This document shows, one piece after another, positions 34,671 through 41,238 of a stretch of 41,238 nucleotides of DNA. Position 1 is the stretch's first letter. Every line of letters begins with the position of its first letter. A model generated the notes under the pieces. It worked only from the letters and a program-made list of their open reading frames with translations. It did no database searches and had not been told where the DNA came from. The translations under genes and the position numbers were made by a program. Source of the DNA: Candidatus Woesearchaeota archaeon (GTDB taxonomy: Archaea; Nanobdellota; Nanobdellia; SCGC-AAA011-G17; UBA489); contig JACOVP010000020.1 of NCBI GenBank assembly GCA_016177265.1, positions 1 to 41,238 on the forward strand. Reading direction: 5' to 3'.

Positions 34671-36953
34671 ATGGTACAGCAGCAAGAAGTCGTCCTCAAA
34701 GTCCAGGAAGCATTGCAGGAAGAGGCCTACAAAGGCATCGTCCGTGTAGACACCCAAACCATGCGTCAGATTGATGTTCGTGCAGGCGACATCATTGAGA
34801 TTGAAGGCAGTAGAAAAACTGTTGGCATCGTTGATCGTTCTTATCCCTCTGATATTGGTCAAAATATTATCCGCATGGACGGTATTTTACGTCGTAATGC
34901 AAAAACTGGTATTGGGGAAAATGTCAAAGTCAGAAGAGTGGAAGTAAAGGAGGCAAAATCCGTGACTATTGCTCCAGCACAGCAGGGCGTCATGATTCAA
35001 GCGAATAATGAATTATTTAAGCAAGGACTCTTAGGCAGAGCAGTCATTAAAGGTGATATTATCTCTCTAGGCGGTGCACGCAGAAGACGCAGAACATTGT
35101 CTGGCTCTTCATTTGATGATATCTTCAACGTCTTTGAAGAAGGCTTCATGGGTAATTTTGGCTTTGGGAGTTTGAAATTTATTGTTGCAGAATCCAATCC
35201 AAAAGCAGCAGTTATCATTACAGAAAATACTGAAGTCCGTGTTTCTTCCAAAGCACTCCAGGTGACTGAAGAGCGCATTCCTGATGTCACGTATGAAGAC
35301 ATTGGCGGGTTGGAAGAGGAAATCAAAAAACTGCGGGAGATGGTGGAACTGCCTATCAAGAACCCAGAGATCTTTGAGCGTCTCGGTGTTGAACCGCCCA
35401 AAGGAGTCTTGTTGTTCGGTCCACCAGGAACCGGGAAAACACTGTTGGCAAAAGCAGTCGCCACTGAATCTGAAGCAAACTTCTTGTTCGTGAACGCCCC
35501 AGAGCTGACGAGCAAGTACTACGGGGAAAGCGAGCGAAAAATTCGCGAGTTATTTGAGGAGGCAGAAAAAAATGCACCATCAATTATTTTCATAGACGAG
35601 ATTGATGCCGTTGCTCCAAAAAGAGAAGAGACCTATGGTGAAGTAGAGCGGAGAATGGTCGCACAATTGTTAAGCGTCATGGATGGCTTGAAGAGTCGTG
35701 GTAAGGTAGTTGTCATCGGTGCGACGAATCGTCCCAATAGTCTTGATCCAGCACTTCGTCGTCCAGGTCGTTTTGATCGTGAAATCCAGATCGGTGTTCC
35801 GAATAAAAAGGGTCGATTGAATATCTTGAAAATTCACACGCGTAACATGCCATTAACAAAAGATGTTCATCTAGACCATTTAGCAGATATCACCCACGGA
35901 TTTGTTGGTGCAGATCTGCAAGCTCTTTGTAAAGAAGCAGCCATGAATGTCATCCGTCGTATTCTGCCAGAATTGAAGTATGAAAGTGAAAAAATCCCAC
36001 CAGAAGTCTTGACAAAATTAAAAATTACTTCAGAAGATTTCAAAACAGCGCTCAAAATTGTCCGTCCTTCAGCATTACGAGAAGTCTTAATTGAAAAACC
36101 AAATGTCACCTGGAATGATATTGGCGGTTTGGAAGAGTTGAAGAGTCAATTAAAGGAAGCTATTGAATGGCCACTCAAAAATCCCAAGATGTTCACCCGC
36201 ATGGGTATCAAGCCTCCTCGTGGTATCCTGATGTATGGTCCTCCAGGCACAGGAAAAACCATGCTGGCAAAAGCTATAGCGCATGAAGCAGAAGCTAATT
36301 TTATTTCAGTCAAAGGTCCAGAGATCTTCAGCAAATGGGTAGGAGATAGCGAGAAAGCAGTTCGCAAGATTTTCGAAAAAGCTCGGCAAACTGCCCCAAC
36401 GATTATCTTCTTCGATGAAGTCGATGCGATTGCTCCACGTCGTGGTACTGATATAGGCTCTAAAGTAACAGAGCATGTAGTCAATACCTTGCTAGTAGAA
36501 ATGGATGGTCTCGAAGAATTGGCAGACGTTGTAGTTATTGCAGCAACCAACCGTCCAGATTTAGTTGATCCAAGTTTACTGCGTCCAGGAAGATTTGATC
36601 GCGTCATAGCGACGCCCATGCCAGGCAAAGAATCTCGAAAAAAGATTTTGCAAGTCCACATTGGGAAAATGCCTTTGGCAAAGGATATTGACATTGATAA
36701 ATTAGCAGGAAAAACTGAAAATTATAGCGGTGCAGATTTAGCTGGTGTTGTCCGTGAAGCAGCCATGATTGCGTTGCGAAAAAATGTAGAAGCGCAAGAA
36801 GTCACGAATGCGGACTTCGAAGAAGCTTTAAAGAAAATCCATCCTTCATTGAAAGATGAAGATTTGAAGAGATACAAAGAAGTCGAAGAAAAATACTTGC
36901 GAAAAGCAAAGATTGCTAATATTATTGTACCAAAGCCAAGTTATTTAGGTTAA
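34671..36953 (+). CDS. cdc48: CDC48/VAT AAA+ ATPase
   Basis: N-domain plus two AAA modules (GPPGTGKT twice, IFIDEID and IFFDEVD, RPGRFD twice). Confidence 0.96.
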   Translation: MVQQQEVVLKVQEALQEEAYKGIVRVDTQTMRQIDVRAGDIIEIEGSRKTVGIVDRSYPSDIGQNIIRMDGILRRNAKTGIGENVKVRRVEVKEAKSVTIAPAQQGVMIQANNELFKQGLLGRAVIKGDIISLGGARRRRRTLSGSSFDDIFNVFEEGFMGNFGFGSLKFIVAESNPKAAVIITENTEVRVSSKALQVTEERIPDVTYEDIGGLEEEIKKLREMVELPIKNPEIFERLGVEPPKGVLLFGPPGTGKTLLAKAVATESEANFLFVNAPELTSKYYGESERKIRELFEEAEKNAPSIIFIDEIDAVAPKREETYGEVERRMVAQLLSVMDGLKSRGKVVVIGATNRPNSLDPALRRPGRFDREIQIGVPNKKGRLNILKIHTRNMPLTKDVHLDHLADITHGFVGADLQALCKEAAMNVIRRILPELKYESEKIPPEVLTKLKITSEDFKTALKIVRPSALREVLIEKPNVTWNDIGGLEELKSQLKEAIEWPLKNPKMFTRMGIKPPRGILMYGPPGTGKTMLAKAIAHEAEANFISVKGPEIFSKWVGDSEKAVRKIFEKARQTAPTIIFFDEVDAIAPRRGTDIGSKVTEHVVNTLLVEMDGLEELADVVVIAATNRPDLVDPSLLRPGRFDRVIATPMPGKESRKKILQVHIGKMPLAKDIDIDKLAGKTENYSGADLAGVVREAAMIALRKNVEAQEVTNADFEEALKKIHPSLKDEDLKRYKEVEEKYLRKAKIANIIVPKPSYLG

Positions 36954-37273
36954 AGCTCAACTAGGAAAATACTCAAAATTCCTAAAAATATTCCTATCTT
37001 GTTAGCCAAGGATAACTGTTCATTAAAAAGGACCACTCCTGCTAAAGTAACGGCAATCAAATTCAAAATAGTAAAGATAGAAACTGCCTTAAATAAATAA
37101 TGATATCGTAAAGAGAATGCCCAAAAAACAGTGCCAACAAAATAAAACAATAAACCTACACCAAGAAGCAGATGCTTATTTCCTAATGACCATCGTTTAA
37201 AGAAAATATCCGCAAGAATTTCTAAAAAGACTGCAACTAAAATCAAGATGAAAAATAAAAATTTAGTATTCAT
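36950..37273 (-). CDS. Small DMT/SMR-like 4-TM transporter
   Basis: 107 aa, four hydrophobic helices, Glu in TM1 (AVFLEILAD), GVVLFNEQLS...KIGI motif. Confidence 0.7.
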   Translation of the reverse strand: MNTKFLFFILILVAVFLEILADIFFKRWSLGNKHLLLGVGLLFYFVGTVFWAFSLRYHYLFKAVSIFTILNLIAVTLAGVVLFNEQLSLANKIGIFLGILSIFLVEL

Positions 37274-37279
37274 AATCTC

Positions 37280-38146
37280 TTATCTCGTTAACACGCCTTC
37301 TCCAACACTAAGTGTATGCTCTTCTTGCGTCACCATGCCTCCACTTCTTTCAGGAAGCTGTCCATATTGCATAAGCACACCTTCTTTTTCTAGATAATTA
37401 AGTAAAAATTGGTAATTAGGAATATGCTTCACCCACCTCACAGTAAAAGGTAGCGTTTTCCATTCTTTCAAAATATGCTGGATCATTTTTCTAGCCCCAT
37501 CTAAGCGAACAGGTTTCGGATTGACTAGCGCATAAATCCCAGAAGGCTTGCCATCTTTGATAAATCCCTCTCCATCAGTCACAAAAGGTTCTATAGCTAT
37601 TCTCTGCCCTTTGGTTAAAGTTGTTTGATCTCCATTGTCATAATTCGGAATCGTTGGTTTAGTATGCACTTCCCATGCACCAACACCATGACCACACAAA
37701 TTGCGAATAGGATTATAGCCATAAGGTTCGATAGCATTCTCTATGGCAGCCCCAATCTGGCAAACTTTGACTCCAGGTTTGACTACAGCAATCGCAGCTT
37801 CCACTGCAGCATGCACAGCCTCTCGCATTTTTTTATACTTCTCACTTTCCACTTCAATCGTGACAGCAGTATCTGTTACATAGCCATCAATATGAGTTCC
37901 TAAATCTAATTTTACTAAATCGCCTTTCTGCAAAACTATAGGATCATCAACAAAAGGCGCATAATGAGCAGCCATGGTATTCAAAGAAACATCAACTGGA
38001 AATGCTGGTTTTCCGCCTAATTCTAAAATCTTCTTCTCTATCTTATCGGCAATATCCACAATTTTCGCGCCAGGGACACAGAGCGTTTTCCCATATTCCC
38101 GTGCTTGGCTAGAAATCTTGCCTGAAAGAATCCAAGGTTGCTCCAT
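37280..38146 (-). CDS. map: Methionine aminopeptidase type II
   Basis: PAFP, AAHY, KLDLGTHIDGYVTDTA, NLCGHG, IAIEPF and QEEHT motifs; ATG 38146 preferred. Confidence 0.93.
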   Translation of the reverse strand: MEQPWILSGKISSQAREYGKTLCVPGAKIVDIADKIEKKILELGGKPAFPVDVSLNTMAAHYAPFVDDPIVLQKGDLVKLDLGTHIDGYVTDTAVTIEVESEKYKKMREAVHAAVEAAIAVVKPGVKVCQIGAAIENAIEPYGYNPIRNLCGHGVGAWEVHTKPTIPNYDNGDQTTLTKGQRIAIEPFVTDGEGFIKDGKPSGIYALVNPKPVRLDGARKMIQHILKEWKTLPFTVRWVKHIPNYQFLLNYLEKEGVLMQYGQLPERSGGMVTQEEHTLSVGEGVLTR

Positions 38147-38222
38147 AACTTGGCTCAAGAAAAAGTGCTTTAAAAGATTAACCAATAGCTTTATAAATAA
38201 TTAACTACTTAAGAGTAACTAT

Positions 38223-39017
38223 ATGAGACTCAAAAATCTGCTTCAGGGATTAGGTTTAGTAGCTTTGTTAGCTCAAGAAAAACCAAAGTATGAAATCAAT
38301 GAGTTTGGTAAAACTTATGCTTATGCTACAGAAGAGCAGAAAAAGCTTGTACAAGATGTCCTACAAGTCGCTACAAACATTGAAAATACCTATCGTAATT
38401 TCCCCTATGTCTGGGGTGGCGACGGGTTTGAACCTTTAGCAGAACAAAGGAAAAAATATGTCAAGCATAAATGTGTTACTGATGTACAACCTACTAAACC
38501 TCATAATTGGCGTTCTGGCCTCAAAACTGTGCCTGGTGTTGACTGCGCTGGATTAATCTTTCAAACTATACTCGCATTCAATGCACTAAAAGATCAAAAA
38601 GTAAACCTTCCTTATGGCCGTCTTACAGCAAAAGGCTACAAGACAACGACAGAGGAAGTAGTCAAGCCAGGATATAATAATCTTAAGGAAATCGTAGATA
38701 AAGCACGTCCAGCTGACTTAGTTTTCAAACATGAAGCTGATGGAGTCTCACATATCATGTTCTACATGGGCAACGGTGTTGTTCTCGAATCAGCAGGAAA
38801 AAAAGACAGAAGTCTTTTAAAACCTGTTCCAAAAAAAGATATGGATGAATGGAAAACCTTCTTCTGGTCAAGATCACCAGGCAAAACAGATGACGAACGT
38901 CTCGAAAACTATGGTGGTATCCAAGCAACATTCTTAAATAAAAAGTATGAAAAAGAAGCTTTGTCCGTTGGTCGTTGGAAAGAGTTCAAAGAGCAACCAA
39001 AAAAAGAAGAGAAATAA
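38223..39017 (+). CDS. NlpC/P60-family cysteine peptidase with N-terminal hydrophobic segment
   Basis: PYVWGG, GVDCAGLI (Cys), RPADLVF, SHIMFYMGNG (His) and VLES (third catalytic residue). Confidence 0.8.
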   Translation: MRLKNLLQGLGLVALLAQEKPKYEINEFGKTYAYATEEQKKLVQDVLQVATNIENTYRNFPYVWGGDGFEPLAEQRKKYVKHKCVTDVQPTKPHNWRSGLKTVPGVDCAGLIFQTILAFNALKDQKVNLPYGRLTAKGYKTTTEEVVKPGYNNLKEIVDKARPADLVFKHEADGVSHIMFYMGNGVVLESAGKKDRSLLKPVPKKDMDEWKTFFWSRSPGKTDDERLENYGGIQATFLNKKYEKEALSVGRWKEFKEQPKKEEK

Positions 39018-39677
39018 TTACTGAGGATAAAAAGAAGAGAGCGAAGTATTATTAGTTAGTAATTGTTGTGTCGGTTGAAACACAAAAGCTCGTTGATGAT
39101 CAAAATAGCCACACCTAATATGGTCCAACGAAAGATTGGTTCTTCTACTTAACATGAGTGCATAAAAATACACTTGTGTAGCTGCAAACTTTTCTTTAGC
39201 AGCATTTGGCTTATAATCCCAGATCCAAATCTTGTCTCCCTCAACTCGTAGCACATCAATATGCCCTGTTAAAGGTTTAGTGCTATCCATGACATTTTTA
39301 TAGCTTTCTAGTTCGTGCTTCTCCATCCATAAAGGAACTTCCATAGCAACTGTATGATTATCATGTTCCAGCATATACACCTGGACTTTTGAATGGTTGT
39401 CAGGAAACAGTTCTTTATTAAATTCCAATCCCAATCTCGCCAGCGTAGACACTTCATGCCCACTGACTTCAAGTGGATCACACGGCAACCGAAATTTCAA
39501 CATACTCCCTCTTGGTCCAATATTGAAGTACTCATCTGGCCGTCCATGAAAGACCTGTTGTAGAAAATCTTTGAGTGGGGCAAACCCATTCCCATTGCAT
39601 AAGAGATTGATCTTAGGCTCATGGACTCTATAACAGTAAAAGCCTCCTTTATGATTAAGCACAGTAGAGTGAATCAC
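39018..39677 (-). CDS. PD-(D/E)XK nuclease-domain protein
   Basis: MEVP, TGHIDVL, IWDYKP and QVYFYA motifs; no Cas4-type Cys cluster. Confidence 0.75.
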   Translation of the reverse strand: MIHSTVLNHKGGFYCYRVHEPKINLLCNGNGFAPLKDFLQQVFHGRPDEYFNIGPRGSMLKFRLPCDPLEVSGHEVSTLARLGLEFNKELFPDNHSKVQVYMLEHDNHTVAMEVPLWMEKHELESYKNVMDSTKPLTGHIDVLRVEGDKIWIWDYKPNAAKEKFAATQVYFYALMLSRRTNLSLDHIRCGYFDHQRAFVFQPTQQLLTNNTSLSSFYPQ

Positions 39678-39803
39678 CGTCTTTTTCCCTCGTAGAAGAT
39701 GCTAGAAAGAACCTCCATATAAAGGTTGAGGGAAAAAACAATATAAACATAAGTTCTCATACAAGAACGAAAAGCTTATATATAAGTTCTCTTTAGGATA
39801 CGT

Positions 39804-41069
39804 ATGTCAACTCTCAGTGACGTCATGCGTTTGACTAATCCATGGTGGGAAGATCAGCAGATGAGCGATAAGCTTGCCTTGCCATATAAAAGAAAGGTGT
39901 TTGACAAAGTCCACAATCTAAGAAAATATAGACAGATGATTATTCTTACAGGTTTAAGGAGAGTGGGGAAAACAACGATACTGTACCAAGTAATACAAAC
40001 TCTGCTTAAGGAAATTGAGTCAAAAAAAATACTCTACTTTAATTTTGATAAGGAAGTAGCAGATATCTTGTCTATTTTTGAAGAATACTCCAGTCTTGCA
40101 GGAATAGATTACAGGAAAGAAAAAATCATCGTCTGTTTTGACGAAATAACAAAATTAAACAAATGGGCAAATCAATTGAAGTTGGTGTACGATGCAAATC
40201 CAAACATAAAGATATATCTCTCATCCTCAAGTAGTGTTCTTCTTGAAGAAGATGCTATAAAGAATCTGGGAGGAAGATATTTCTTGATTAGCATCAATCC
40301 TCTTTCATTCAGGGAATTTTTAGAATTAAGTGGTAAGAAGAATTTGCTTGAACATCATAAGCTCCACGAGCAGGCATTAAAAAGAGAATGCGCTGGATAT
40401 ATGCTCAGAAACTTTCCAGAAACAATCACATGGGAGAATGAATTAGTCATCAAAGACTATCTCAAAACGACCATCATTGATAAAATTATAAAGTCAGATC
40501 TTGCTGAACGATTTAAGAATCTCAATAAAGATTTATTATACACTTTAATCGAGTTGTTTTATAAAGATCCTGGCATGTATCTTGATTATGACAACTTGTC
40601 GAAAAGCCTCAGAATAAGCAAGAATACCCTCTATAAGCATATCTTCTATCTTGAATTCTGCTACCTCATCACCATTGTCAAAAATTACAGGCCAAGTACG
40701 CTGGCAACAACAAGAAAACTCCAAAGAGCATATCCCTATTGGTGGACAATGGCTTACTGCTATGGGGAGAATAAAGACAAGATGATGGAGGCGATTGTTA
40801 TCAATAGTATCGGAGGGAAGCATTACTGGAGAGATCTCAACAAAGAAATAGATGTCTTGCAGATCACAGGAAAGAAAATAATGCCCATTGAAGTCAAACA
40901 GAAAGAAAAACTCGATGACAGAGATATAATGACGCTAAAATTTTTTATGCAGAAATACAAAGTAAAGGAAGGAAAGCTCGTTTATCTTGGGAAAGAAGAT
41001 ACAAAACATTTTGAAGGTAAAAAAATAGAAATAGTTCCTCTATGGAAGTTTTTATTAGAACAGGAGTAA
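39804..41069 (+). CDS. AAA_14 / DUF4143-type ATPase with C-terminal nuclease-like domain
   Basis: [25 protein letters not shown]...PLSFREFL and EIDVL...PIEVK motifs. Confidence 0.85.
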   Translation: MSTLSDVMRLTNPWWEDQQMSDKLALPYKRKVFDKVHNLRKYRQMIILTGLRRVGKTTILYQVIQTLLKEIESKKILYFNFDKEVADILSIFEEYSSLAGIDYRKEKIIVCFDEITKLNKWANQLKLVYDANPNIKIYLSSSSSVLLEEDAIKNLGGRYFLISINPLSFREFLELSGKKNLLEHHKLHEQALKRECAGYMLRNFPETITWENELVIKDYLKTTIIDKIIKSDLAERFKNLNKDLLYTLIELFYKDPGMYLDYDNLSKSLRISKNTLYKHIFYLEFCYLITIVKNYRPSTLATTRKLQRAYPYWWTMAYCYGENKDKMMEAIVINSIGGKHYWRDLNKEIDVLQITGKKIMPIEVKQKEKLDDRDIMTLKFFMQKYKVKEGKLVYLGKEDTKHFEGKKIEIVPLWKFLLEQE

Positions 41070-41074
41070 ATACT

Positions 41075-41238
41075 ATGGGTGTCAACTTACGGGAAATCTT
41101 ACCGCGGAAAGAAATAACCTTTGAATTCTTAGCAGGCAAGAAGATAGCTATTGATTTTTCGAATTCAGCATATCAATTTTTAAGTAGTATCCGCCAGCCT
41201 GATGGCACCCCCCTGATGGATGCAAAAGGAAGAATTAC
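41075..41238 (+). CDS. fen: Flap endonuclease 1, N-terminal part (runs off the window)
   Basis: Translates to [54 protein letters not shown], the archaeal FEN1 N-terminus. Confidence 0.93.
   Translation, partial: MGVNLREILPRKEITFEFLAGKKIAIDFSNSAYQFLSSIRQPDGTPLMDAKGRI

Noticed and set aside
16753..37000. Numerous 60-180 aa antisense or alternate-frame ORFs within the large genes, topA and cdc48
   Set aside because: They are fully nested in well-supported genes and have no recognisable motifs; repeated ones simply mirror the paralog repeats.
39018..39677. Cas4
   Set aside because: It has the nuclease motifs but no Fe-S Cys cluster and no CRISPR context.

Overview
Archaeal chromosomal segment, most likely from a DPANN lineage such as Woesearchaeota/Pacearchaeota. 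This is inferred from BRE/TATA promoters, a BHB-intron tRNA, Cdc48, PAC2, RadB, FEN1, a type II MetAP and typical DPANN hypothetical families. From left to right it holds: a variable region with toxin-antitoxin genes beside a Xer-type tyrosine recombinase; tRNA-Lys(CTT) with a non-canonical 30/31 intron; a MoxR/DUF58/VWA operon; serS; an array of six ~15-bp boxes at 52-bp spacing ahead of a tandem-HTH regulator; a ~13.7-kb cell-surface operon whose three paralogs share a C-terminal domain; and housekeeping genes (topA, radB, cdc48, map, fen) mixed with a PIN TA pair, an MTAP fragment, an NlpC/P60 protein and a PD-(D/E)XK nuclease. The most striking element is a ~1.27-kb insertion (about 29072-30339). 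It consists almost entirely of a compact TnpB with a rearranged RuvC-II motif, but it is bounded by IS903-like terminal inverted repeats and a 9-bp target-site duplication rather than IS200/IS605 ends, which is a Fanzor-like architecture in an archaeon. All assignments come from reading the sequence and recognising motifs; no searches were run.
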